Counted from the stretch's first letter, positions 47,901 through 56,358 are shown. The stretch: DNA of 57,787 nt from Candidatus Saganbacteria bacterium CG08_land_8_20_14_0_20_45_16 (GCA_002774365.1 PEYM01000120.1:1-57787), one strand, 5' to 3'. Notes: generated from the letters alone by a model not told the origin. Made by a program: numbers and translations.

Positions 47901-50900
47901 GCCCTTGCCAACCAAGCCAAGGATATTTTAAGACAGCTCCTAAACAGAAACAACTTGGTCAATCTCACCCCCATGACCCTGGCCTTGGCAAACTTTTGGC
48001 TGGGTAAGATCTACGCGATTGAGGCCAGCAATGCAAATTCAATCGAAGAGACAGAACATATCCTTGATCAGGCTGACGAATATATTAGGCAGGCGCTTGA
48101 CGCCAATATTTTACAAGGCTCACTGCTTTCTTCAGCTTATCAAACTAGGGGAGAGATCCATCTTTTTAGACGCCATCTCAGTGAAGCCAGCGAAGATTTT
48201 GCCCGGGCCATCAGTCTTAACTCAGAAAACTTTGAGGCGCGGGTTAATCTGGCCGATATCCATAATCAGCAAGGTGATTACGCCAGAGCAATTACCGAGT
48301 ATCAAGAACTGGTGGCCCGCTTTGACCCCTCGCTACCGACTGCCACGACTTTCAGTGGCCACTTGCTCCTAACCAGAAGCAGGCTCGGCCTTTTAGAAGC
48401 ACAAATGCGACAGCACGGAGCTTACACTGACGCAAGCATTGCAGCCTTAGAAGAATTTATCTTTGGCGCTAACGAGCAGGAAGGTATTTTTCACACTGAG
48501 CCGCGCGGCTCATTTGTTGTTAGGCGGGCCATTGACGCTTTGCTTGAGGCTTATTCAGCCAATGAAGATTATCACGCTAGCATTGTTTCTTTAACTCATC
48601 TGCTGTTAACAGAAGACCAGGCTGGCACCAATCCCAGGATCCTATCTGATCTTGATCTGCTTTTTGTCAGGAATAGGCAGCAAAGAGCCCAAGTCTTAGA
48701 AGCGCTCATAGCTGGCCACTTGCTTAACAACGATAATTCGGTTGCGGCTGATTTTGACCTGACAGATTCTGCCAGGGCCAGCTTTGTGGCAAGTTTTGGA
48801 CCTGATATCAATGGTTTAACTACTGAACAAAAAGGTCAAGTCTTTGACTTGCTGCGCCTAGCAGCCAGGCTGCGCCAAGACCAAAATTACATTAATGAGC
48901 AGACAGTGGCGCTCAGGGGACGGGTCACCCCCAATACCCACTCGCATTTCCCGCAACGCTACCGCGCCCACCTTTATCTAAAAATGATCGAGGCTACCTC
49001 CTGGGACCGCAGCCAGGGCATTAGCGAAAGGTTTGATCGGGCCAGGACATTATTAGACAATATTCCAGATGACTTGAGCAGGATTATTGAGGCTGATCGC
49101 GAACTTAAGGCAGAACTTGCTTTACTAGACGCCGAGGTCCAAATGCGGCAGCGAGCAGTCTCTGGCCGGCATCAGCGCCAACGCGCCCAGGAACCGGTGT
49201 TTACGGCTGAATTAAACACCATAGTCACACGCAGCCAGGACCCTAACCTTACCTCTCGTCTCTTGCGCGATCAGCTCGAAGGCCTGGCTTACTCCAAACA
49301 CTTTAGAGCAGCCGCTGACCTGGCCGCGCAATATCAGGCACCAAGCGAAGACGCCCCAGCGCTTACACCAGCTCAACAAACCGCTCGCGAACTTTTTGTC
49401 GCCACTCAAAATCGTTTTGAGGAAAGAGGTTTGCCGCTGGCTTACCAACGCTTTGATTTTGAAATGAGAATGCAGCAAGTCGATGCCTTGACCTATCACA
49501 TCTCTGACAGAGAAAGATTAAGGCCTGATTACACTGAACCGCTGGGAGTTCTAGCCCAGATTATTGCTGATTCAGGCCAGCTAGAACACAATACTCCTAC
49601 CTTGGCCACCTTTTATCAAGCAGCTAGGGCCAGGGCTTTCCAGCGCCGCGGTGATCTTTTCCGTTATCACTGGCGCGGCAGGAGCTTTGAACAAGCGCTT
49701 AGCAATTATGGCGCCTCGATCAGGACAGTTAACAGCCTGCCAGCTCGGCCACGAGCCACTGCCATTGACCGGACCAGGAGTTTTTTGGGATTGGCTGAAA
49801 CCTATGCTGACCCCAATACTGCCAGAGAGGTTCCGGCCCTGACCCGCGAAGAATCCCTGCGTTTAGCCAGCTCCAACTACGAGCTCGCCATGGCAGAGAC
49901 CCTAACCCTCCCCTACTTTAGCGAGAACCGCGACTTCTTGCTGGTCCAGGTCAACCGCAGCCGCAGCCAATTTGAAGAGCGGGGCGGCAACATGGAAGAC
50001 GCGATTTATTATCTCCAGGCAGCTCAGCACGGACTAGAGCTGGTCAACGGCCTGGACGACGAGTTCTTAGCCGGGATGGACGATGCTTACCGTCGCTACG
50101 CTAGACTGCGCGGGATAACAACAGAAGTCAACTGGAACTCATATTCTGGCTTTCCGCAAGACGGTGACACGGTGCGCGAAAATCAGCTTACCCTGGAAAT
50201 GGGCCTGTCCCCTGGCTGGATCAACAGCCGCACCGGTCAGCGGATCTATGAACGCTTTTTACTTAGCGGTCAGGCTGATTTCTACGGCGGCGACACAACC
50301 TCTCAAACACTTTACGGCGGAATGGAGTTAGCTGGCCGCACCCCAGAGCTAGCCTGGTCAACCAGGGCCATGGTCATGCTCTACTCGCACACCGAGGGTG
50401 ATGGCGTGGCTAATTTCTTGCGGCGGCCAAATGCCAGGATGAACGCCTATCTTTGGCACGACAGTTTTACTCTTTCCGCCGCGCTTGACCTCAATACCCA
50501 ACAGCCTGAATACACTAGTGCGTTTGTCAGGGCCATGTACAACTCCCCTGATACCCTGAGCCGCCGGCCCTGGATTCCCACCCGGCTTTTTAATAATTTC
50601 CAGGCTGGTGGAGAATACCTCACTTACATTTTTAACTTTAGCGGCAACAGCCACCGCATTCATGCCTTTGGCTTGCGCGGCGATTGGCAGGTTAATTTAA
50701 ATCGGGCCACCCTGCGCACCGCCATCTCGCTCCGGTTGCTTTATGATTCATATGTCGGCGACCAACACCAAAGTGGCCGGCAGCTTGAGCAGAGTGCCTG
50801 GGACGTAGCCTTGATCGGCGAATTAGGCATTGACATAAATATCAACCGCAATTTTGTCCTCACGGCTCAATGTGAGGTCCAGGGCCAATCAGGCTTTGCC

Positions 50901-51047
50901 AGTCTGCACTGCGGGATTGGTTTTAGGTTCCCGTACTTGTTTGATAATTCCCGGGCTGGGCACGGAGCACACAATAATCACAGCGCAGAATTGAATGAGG
51001 ACGAAGTACTCCACGAGCTTCCATTACTTGACGATGGAGAAAATTAG
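44979..51047 (+). CDS. Giant-cluster protein G (2022 aa), helical/TPR region plus C-terminal beta-barrel-like domain
   Basis: AGGGAG upstream, 15-nt gap after F. TPR-like repeats at aa ~1000-1118 (..AYQTRGEIHLFRRHLSEASEDFARAISLNSENFEARVNLADIHNQQGDYARAITEYQELV..). The last ~300 aa alternate hydrophobic/polar residues and include ..GIGFRF. Confidence 0.8.
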   Translation: MSEPGIFIPSSYSRFSFSPSQEEAAPETSRFTGSNFYADASEVPSAISIDAISPVDLTTLCSNDIPCSLFARNPFAWDIFSQFLSFLTSESEDIRHDVWNARGVIGMLNRRVHDAQLRDEIVGVQDTPDQAESAGEFETQAESTERDNQSQLAEATILSWIFARNLGHQRPGFTLGRVSRSSIIAIFGTEDNSWEQFFEDPTQNTLTFKADIEDAIRTQITDTDKRERLLTLFQNTHPTDYDPLILAIRSLRVRPGSNQWISWRREYWEPQLALILCSELDDPMLRNNFLYLVRNHPNLHTRASLANQPFLEDRPLLHGVLVHEDGSDITWSGTDWANRVQARWAEIRAREFINDLFLGSGDVTHEGVTRHPFSFLESGNFFSLALLYKSLGRTDTYLSLLSRGRLVIEGRLAPRANNDGSLADLPEADRTFYVPNLTSRSGGREVSRMQAMANVQMSNLLEMQANELDEAIARLQRTLTEAGEDNLSSQGHAAISSILTIFRGRPGNNDSGLGLNQQHLTLSDLEPIVRARFPGAENERLSASRRNAILTQRRDERGRIWQALVDAHFINTDGLILSRDFAQLRSQLSGNRLRVSIDDIISLLQQVPERLEYHFVDHLTSLDPAANTLTREQLEQLLNEAHAVQDFLIQSAMSYRCFASHVPFARADNEDDVALHTIDQLEVRNGIANEEIRRGFRLKDAHNPCYLTTLREGAMHLEEVIHMGEQYEAYAATLSPHGVAPRQLRQILTFATIARAKLNMALLGEIDQQVDPIVLTILEPAILQLTNGQQIFDRLNSTTGITREDALEVQAQLLTQAAEQLAAAGAARYTYPYRTNTITPAMFDNLQQPGPAPTRRGQTQRAPLPISTAELLTLLETTGYINEQREVQPAISDFTEFAETLQAQNSGLSQAQLRAIHLILKNAPRTDHEYTINLIRDQQLTDVQLAQAENLARRAFLAQDLGNIEGEEGHEGSRALANQAKDILRQLLNRNNLVNLTPMTLALANFWLGKIYAIEASNANSIEETEHILDQADEYIRQALDANILQGSLLSSAYQTRGEIHLFRRHLSEASEDFARAISLNSENFEARVNLADIHNQQGDYARAITEYQELVARFDPSLPTATTFSGHLLLTRSRLGLLEAQMRQHGAYTDASIAALEEFIFGANEQEGIFHTEPRGSFVVRRAIDALLEAYSANEDYHASIVSLTHLLLTEDQAGTNPRILSDLDLLFVRNRQQRAQVLEALIAGHLLNNDNSVAADFDLTDSARASFVASFGPDINGLTTEQKGQVFDLLRLAARLRQDQNYINEQTVALRGRVTPNTHSHFPQRYRAHLYLKMIEATSWDRSQGISERFDRARTLLDNIPDDLSRIIEADRELKAELALLDAEVQMRQRAVSGRHQRQRAQEPVFTAELNTIVTRSQDPNLTSRLLRDQLEGLAYSKHFRAAADLAAQYQAPSEDAPALTPAQQTARELFVATQNRFEERGLPLAYQRFDFEMRMQQVDALTYHISDRERLRPDYTEPLGVLAQIIADSGQLEHNTPTLATFYQAARARAFQRRGDLFRYHWRGRSFEQALSNYGASIRTVNSLPARPRATAIDRTRSFLGLAETYADPNTAREVPALTREESLRLASSNYELAMAETLTLPYFSENRDFLLVQVNRSRSQFEERGGNMEDAIYYLQAAQHGLELVNGLDDEFLAGMDDAYRRYARLRGITTEVNWNSYSGFPQDGDTVRENQLTLEMGLSPGWINSRTGQRIYERFLLSGQADFYGGDTTSQTLYGGMELAGRTPELAWSTRAMVMLYSHTEGDGVANFLRRPNARMNAYLWHDSFTLSAALDLNTQQPEYTSAFVRAMYNSPDTLSRRPWIPTRLFNNFQAGGEYLTYIFNFSGNSHRIHAFGLRGDWQVNLNRATLRTAISLRLLYDSYVGDQHQSGRQLEQSAWDVALIGELGIDININRNFVLTAQCEVQGQSGFASLHCGIGFRFPYLFDNSRAGHGAHNNHSAELNEDEVLHELPLLDDGEN

Positions 51048-51076
51048 GTGAAATTTTTTAAAAAAGCTGACGATAT
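51048..51076 (+). promoter_or_regulatory. Sigma-28-like promoter motif, copy 5 (upstream of gene H)
   Basis: GTGAAA 51048-51053 immediately after the TAG of G, 15 nt, GACGATAT 51069-51076, then ATATAT. 21 nt upstream of ATG 51098. Confidence 0.6.
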
Positions 51077-51097
51077 ATATATGAGAAGGGGACGAAA

Positions 51098-53872
51098 ATG
51101 TTTTCAAGAATAGGGTCTTATCTTTCACAATATTTTTCTTGGGTGCCTGGCTTATCAACTCTTAGCTGCGCACCTAATGATGGCGAGCAGGTCTGTATTG
51201 CCCCAGAGCCGCATCTGCCTCACCTTTCCCGAGATGAAACTGGTATGGTTTGCGGCAATGATGAGATCACCGAAGCTATCCAACCAGGTGATTTTCCCGT
51301 TTCACTTCACTGCGAGAGCAATGACGGTATTGGCGCAGCCAATTGCCTCGGTGGCAATGATGCTGATAGAATCAACAGGGACTCACTGCAAATTACCTGT
51401 CTAAACAACGGAGAAGAATTCTCCCCAAGTCTTAACCCAGACGGCACAATGGATGTTGAGCTCTTCGAGCAGCCTTTAGGTGAGATTGGCTGTTATGTTT
51501 CACAATACTATGACCGCAATGCTAACGAAGTTAAAACAATTGGCTCTTACGCAGAAGCGTTGTACTTGGACCAAGAACGAAAGTCCAACTACCAAGACCC
51601 GGCTTTTACTTTCTGGTTAACAATGAACGGCATCAGCTATGAACCTAATTACCGTGAGATCCCTGATTTTGGCACCATTGACCCCAGACCACAAGCAGCC
51701 ATGTCTCGTGGCTCTGACAACATCTACAACTGGCAAATTGACAATTTAACTGACGATTTTGGCAATCGGCTCCATTTAATTGACAGCAATGCAAACTATT
51801 TCCTTAATAACAACGAAAATTTTTCGAGCGGTTATACAGAAAGAAACACTTACCGCATTCAAGGGCAAATGCTGCCTAATGCCGGACCAGGAACATTCTA
51901 CGCTATTTTTAGTGATGACTACGGCCACACACGCCGGGTCACTTTTTATCAGCCAACCATTACACCACTGGAGTTTAACAGTAATGATATTTCCTGGTAC
52001 ACCGTCAACCCAGAAAGCCCTTACTGGATTTGTATAAACCCGGGCCTGCCTGTTTCTGGCGCTACCAACTACTTGTTTTCTGCCACCTTTACCGACCCTA
52101 CAACCAATGAAACCGCTCCCCCCTATGCCATAGCCAGTCAACCAAGTAACTGCATTGCCTTTAGCCCCACCCGCTTAGGCGACTATTCCCTGCAAGCAGA
52201 AATTACTACCTATAGCGGAGACATCTTAAATGCTAGAACGACTGATACAATTACAGCGCATGAAAACGGCACAGCCGTGCTCATGGGCTCAATGCTAGGC
52301 GTACACACCGCTCACATCGGCGATGATGTTGTGCTGATGGGCAATTCCAGCGACCCAGACGCAACTTATGATTGGGAAATTTTACCGCCTCGTGGCGATG
52401 TCATGAGCTTTAACGGACAAACCGCCAGCTTTACAGCAGAATTAGAGGGCGATTATGATGTTAGACTAGTCATTACTTCTAGCGACGGCCGCACCCAAAA
52501 AGTTATTTCTCGAGATATTGAAGTTTATCCGCCTTACACAATTATTCCTTCAGCCACAATAAGCCGCGAACTCACCTACTCTTATCATCTTGGTGACACG
52601 GCAAGAGATATCATTTGCCGCTCTGATGATCCGGCCGCCACCTTTGCTTGGACTGTTACCAGACCAGCTCCAAATGAGCACGGCGAGGTCATAGAAAGAT
52701 TTGCTGGCCCAGTCATTCGCTCATATACTTTTGACAGTATTGGGGATTTTGATTTTAGATGCACGGTCGTTGCTAGTGACAGCATAACAACCAGTGGTGA
52801 AAGCCGTTCAGTCAATGTTTATCCATCAAATGTTGAGCTACCGCTGGCTGGGATGGCGGCCTCGTTTGCCGCGGAAGTAGGCACAGACGTTGTTTTTGCA
52901 ACCCCAAGCCCTGATACTTCAAGGTATAGCTACACTTGGGAGTTTGTTGATGACGGCTCAACAGAAACCGGCACAGAAGTTACGCATAATTTTGCTGAAA
53001 CAGGGACCTACATGGTCAGGCTAACAGTTGCTTCCCTGGCAGACCCAACACTTAAAAATTCAGTTGTTCAAACTATTACTATTGTTCCGATTGGTGTTGA
53101 GATCCCAACTTTGTCAATCGTGGGGCTGCCAGCTGTTCACGAAGACACTCCCTTTACCTTAAGTGTAGCCGACCCTGACACAGACAATTTTGTCTACACA
53201 TGGGAAATTGCTGGCGAGCCAACCCCTGTCACTGGAGCCAGCATTACCCACACCTTTAATAACCCTGGTCAATACGGAGTAGTCTTGCGCGCCACCAGCA
53301 GGCGAGATTCTAGCGTCTCTTTTGTCACCCCAGCATATTATATTTATGTAATCCAAAACAGCATTCCTTTACCTAACTTATCAATCATTGCGCCATTCTC
53401 TGGCCAAGTTAGTACCGCTACTACAACAAACAATATTAGGTTTAGGGCCTCTGACCCCAGCCCAGAATATAATTACTCCTTTGATTTTGTTGGCAGTGCC
53501 AGCGCTATGGGTTCTGACGTTACCCACGCCTTTAATGAACTTGGGACCTACAGTGTCATCTTAACCGCAACACTAAGATCGGATCCATCAGTAACTTATC
53601 AGATCACTCATAACATAACTATTGTGCCTTATCATGTACCAAATGTTGGCATTGAAGGCCCGCTCTCTGCGCCAGTTAACACAGCAGTAAGCTATAATGT
53701 TCCTGAACCAACACCAGGCGCGACTTACACCTGGCATTTTGGCGACGGGACAACGGCCACAGGGACTTCGGTCTCCCATACTTATCGCTCTATTGCTGAT
53801 TTTCAGGTTAGATTAACCGCCGATAACCACGGCACAACCAACGAAATCCGACATAATATTACGATCTATTAA
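51098..53872 (+). CDS. Giant-cluster protein H (924 aa), Cys-rich N-terminal region plus six tandem PKD/Ig-like repeats
   Basis: Repeats of ~88 aa from aa ~393 to the end, with PKD-like signatures. Examples are YSYTWEFVDDGSTETGTEVTHNFAETGTYMVRLTV, FVYTWEIAGEPTPVTGASITHTFNNPGQYGVVLRA and ATYTWHFGDGTTATGTSVSHTYRSIADFQVRLTA. Confidence 0.8.
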   Translation: MFSRIGSYLSQYFSWVPGLSTLSCAPNDGEQVCIAPEPHLPHLSRDETGMVCGNDEITEAIQPGDFPVSLHCESNDGIGAANCLGGNDADRINRDSLQITCLNNGEEFSPSLNPDGTMDVELFEQPLGEIGCYVSQYYDRNANEVKTIGSYAEALYLDQERKSNYQDPAFTFWLTMNGISYEPNYREIPDFGTIDPRPQAAMSRGSDNIYNWQIDNLTDDFGNRLHLIDSNANYFLNNNENFSSGYTERNTYRIQGQMLPNAGPGTFYAIFSDDYGHTRRVTFYQPTITPLEFNSNDISWYTVNPESPYWICINPGLPVSGATNYLFSATFTDPTTNETAPPYAIASQPSNCIAFSPTRLGDYSLQAEITTYSGDILNARTTDTITAHENGTAVLMGSMLGVHTAHIGDDVVLMGNSSDPDATYDWEILPPRGDVMSFNGQTASFTAELEGDYDVRLVITSSDGRTQKVISRDIEVYPPYTIIPSATISRELTYSYHLGDTARDIICRSDDPAATFAWTVTRPAPNEHGEVIERFAGPVIRSYTFDSIGDFDFRCTVVASDSITTSGESRSVNVYPSNVELPLAGMAASFAAEVGTDVVFATPSPDTSRYSYTWEFVDDGSTETGTEVTHNFAETGTYMVRLTVASLADPTLKNSVVQTITIVPIGVEIPTLSIVGLPAVHEDTPFTLSVADPDTDNFVYTWEIAGEPTPVTGASITHTFNNPGQYGVVLRATSRRDSSVSFVTPAYYIYVIQNSIPLPNLSIIAPFSGQVSTATTTNNIRFRASDPSPEYNYSFDFVGSASAMGSDVTHAFNELGTYSVILTATLRSDPSVTYQITHNITIVPYHVPNVGIEGPLSAPVNTAVSYNVPEPTPGATYTWHFGDGTTATGTSVSHTYRSIADFQVRLTADNHGTTNEIRHNITIY

Positions 53873-54216
53873 GGACAAAATACAAAGTAATCATTTGGAG
53901 AAAAAAAATAATGGAAGCTGGCAACAAGATTAATGCCTTCACCCCCACCCTGAGCCAGGAAACAAATAGCTCAAAGCTGACGAACTCCTCAAAAAACTAA
54001 ACCACTGAATTATTTTTCGCTTAAAAAAGCCCTCTTGCTAAAACAGGGTGGAGCTTGGCCAATTTGCTTCTCTGGCTGACATTCCCTTTCCAAAACTCTC
54101 CAATTTCGTAAAAACGCAAAAAATCACAACAAACCCAAAAAGGCATTTTTCATCCCGCTTTACCGACGACAAACAAAAAATCGCAATTACTTTCAATTTC
54201 TCAGTCAGCCCAAAAA

Positions 54217-54245
54217 CTGAAATTTTCTCCACATCCTAACGATAT
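54217..54245 (+). promoter_or_regulatory. Sigma-28-like promoter motif, copy 6 (upstream of gene I)
   Basis: CTGAAA 54217-54222, 15 nt, AACGATAT 54238-54245. Only 11 nt upstream of ATG 54257, with no SD. Confidence 0.55.
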
Positions 54246-54256
54246 AGCTATAACCT

Positions 54257-56326
54257 ATGCTAAGATCAACTTTTACTAGCAGGCTCAATAATAATCAATG
54301 GTACCAAGCTTTAATCGGCCGGGAGCTAAGAGATAACATTAAGACTTGGTTGAATAAACCCCACCCCCCCCTTGGCCATACATTTGCCTTTCCTGGCCTA
54401 GCATCTGGTATTGATCCCACTCGAATTAAAAGGGTTTCGGTCACAGAAGTCAGGGCCTGGCGGATGAGCGGCACTGGAACAACCAGCACTACTGGCACAC
54501 CCCCTAATTCCCCACCCCCAGCACCCAGTCCCACCCCAAAAACCACGTTAATCCAAAAAATCTTTCGCAATTGGATGACCAAGCTCGCTTCAATGGCTGC
54601 TTCAGCCTACACAATTTATTACTTAGCCTGGAATTTGCCGCTCAAAAACGGGATTACCCTGATTGATCTGGTTTTTACTGATTGGCATTCTCAACATAGT
54701 TTAAAAAACGAAGGCCGCATCATTGCCGGGGTCACAACTTTAATCCTTTTTCTCCCACTCGGTTCAATTCTCTATCTCTTAGTCCAATTAGCCAAAAAGG
54801 TCCCTAGCCTCGCTAAAAAAATTGCCTCAATTTCACAAAATAAAGAGCTGGCAACAACAAGGCGAGAACTTACTCTTGCCAACCAAGATCTAGCAGCCGA
54901 GCAAAGGAAATTTCAGGAAAAAACTGATGAAGTAGAAAAATTGACGCAACAAATTGAGAAAATTAGAAAAGTATCAAAGAAAACACTTGACGAATTACAA
55001 AATAAATATAATCCAGCCACTAATAAATATAATCTAACCACTAATAAAATAAAAACCTTAACGCAAGCCCTTAAAACTGCTGCCGAAGAAAAAGCCTTAA
55101 GAGAGAAAGCTGAGGCAAACCCAAGAGAAGAAGAGACTCGAACCCAGGGAGCAGCAGACAAAAGAGAGCTTGCCCAATTAAAACCAAGATTAGAAAGAGC
55201 AGAAAAAAGAGTTGAAGATCTTGAGGGGGAGAGTAACTCTCTTATAAAATTAGGGGATGCCAATCGAAGATTAGATGAAGAGCTTGATGCAGAAAGAGAA
55301 AAAGTCAACCAAGCAATTGCTTCCCGCAAACAAGCAGAAGCAGCCAAATTAGCTGCCGAAAACGTTGCTAGCCAAGAGCGCGACACAGCACACCAAGCAA
55401 TCATCGCCCAACAAAAAGCCGAAGGCAATCTCGAGAGAAGAACAGAAGAGGTAACTACCTTAAGGCGAAAGCTTGAGGCTGCCCTGTCACTGCTTAGACA
55501 ATCAGAAGAAACTCTTGAAGGATTAGAGCTTGATCTTGAAAGAAAACAACAAACTGAAGCAGAACATTTAGATGTGTCTGCCGAGCTTGATAATTTTGAG
55601 CAAAGAATAGATGGACTTATCACAGACAAAAAGCAAGCTGGGCACGAGGCCAAAAAACTCGAAGCCCGCGCCATTAGTGCAGAAGCTGGGCTTGAAGATC
55701 TACGAGTCCAGGTAAAAGAGTTAAAGGGCTTAAAAGATGTCAAACTTGCTCAAGGAAGAATTGAGGAACATAGAGAAGAAGCAGAGAGACAAAAAAGACG
55801 AGCTGATGGCTTGGAAGATAGAGCCAAAAGAGCCGAAGATCAAGCTCAAGCAGCAGAAAAAACAGCTGAAGCAGCCAACAGAGAAAGAGATGAGCTCAAA
55901 AGAAATCTTGAAAGGCTCACAGCTAATCACCGAGAGCTTGAACAAGCTCTCGAGGCTGAAAGAGAGCAAGTCAGGGAAGCTGCCAAAGGGACCGAAGCTG
56001 CATTTGCCAGTATCCGGCAAGAGCTTGAAGAAAAAAAATCGAAAGCCAATCTTCTACAGCAACGGCTTGATGATGCTACTGCAAAAAGTGCCAGGGAGTT
56101 GCAAGAGGTAAGGGACGAACTCAACAACACAACAACAAAAGCTACAAAAGTATGGAATGATCTTACGGCTCTTCGCCAAGAGACAGGACCATTGAAAACA
56201 GCCAACCAAGAAATGACCAGGCGCCTAAATAAGCTTGAGGGAGAAAACGCTAACTCGAAAAAACAAAAAGATTTTTACTTCGAGCAGGTTAAGAATCTAG
56301 AAGAAGAAGTTAAGCGTCTGAAATAG
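54257..56326 (+). CDS. Giant-cluster protein I (689 aa): conserved N-domain, Pro/Thr linker, two TM helices, ~480-aa coiled coil
   Basis: N-domain ..PPLGHTFAFPGLASGIDPTRIKRVSVTEVRAWRMSG. Linker TPPNSPPPAPSPTPK. TMs LASMAASAYTIYYLAWNL and IIAGVTTLILFLPLGSILYLLVQLA. The rest is E/K/A/L/Q/R-rich heptad-like sequence. Confidence 0.8.
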   Translation: MLRSTFTSRLNNNQWYQALIGRELRDNIKTWLNKPHPPLGHTFAFPGLASGIDPTRIKRVSVTEVRAWRMSGTGTTSTTGTPPNSPPPAPSPTPKTTLIQKIFRNWMTKLASMAASAYTIYYLAWNLPLKNGITLIDLVFTDWHSQHSLKNEGRIIAGVTTLILFLPLGSILYLLVQLAKKVPSLAKKIASISQNKELATTRRELTLANQDLAAEQRKFQEKTDEVEKLTQQIEKIRKVSKKTLDELQNKYNPATNKYNLTTNKIKTLTQALKTAAEEKALREKAEANPREEETRTQGAADKRELAQLKPRLERAEKRVEDLEGESNSLIKLGDANRRLDEELDAEREKVNQAIASRKQAEAAKLAAENVASQERDTAHQAIIAQQKAEGNLERRTEEVTTLRRKLEAALSLLRQSEETLEGLELDLERKQQTEAEHLDVSAELDNFEQRIDGLITDKKQAGHEAKKLEARAISAEAGLEDLRVQVKELKGLKDVKLAQGRIEEHREEAERQKRRADGLEDRAKRAEDQAQAAEKTAEAANRERDELKRNLERLTANHRELEQALEAEREQVREAAKGTEAAFASIRQELEEKKSKANLLQQRLDDATAKSARELQEVRDELNNTTTKATKVWNDLTALRQETGPLKTANQEMTRRLNKLEGENANSKKQKDFYFEQVKNLEEEVKRLK

Positions 56327-56358
56327 ACAGTAGAAAGGCCAACAATTATTTTTTTTAA

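Noticed and set aside
53911-54000. A 29-codon ORF (MEAGNKINAFTPTLSQETNSSKLTNSSKN) with GGAG 9 nt upstream, in the H-I intergenic region.
   Set aside because: It is too short and compositionally unremarkable to support without conservation or expression data.
54295-54582. Antisense ORFs opposite the conserved N-domains of I and J (also 56608-56814) that resemble each other (..LIRQALTSV.ETLLI.VGS.P..).
   Set aside because: Their similarity simply reflects the ~89% nucleotide identity of the sense-strand paralogous segment. There is no independent evidence for antisense genes.
54913-55743. 276-aa Ser-rich ORF on the minus strand inside gene I, and similar antisense ORFs at 55730-56020, 55927-56205 and 57342-57617.
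   Set aside because: These are mirror ORFs created by the GAA/AAG/GCT-rich coiled-coil coding sequence. They have low-complexity S/F/L composition and no start context. The sense frame has a paralogue (J) and a promoter.
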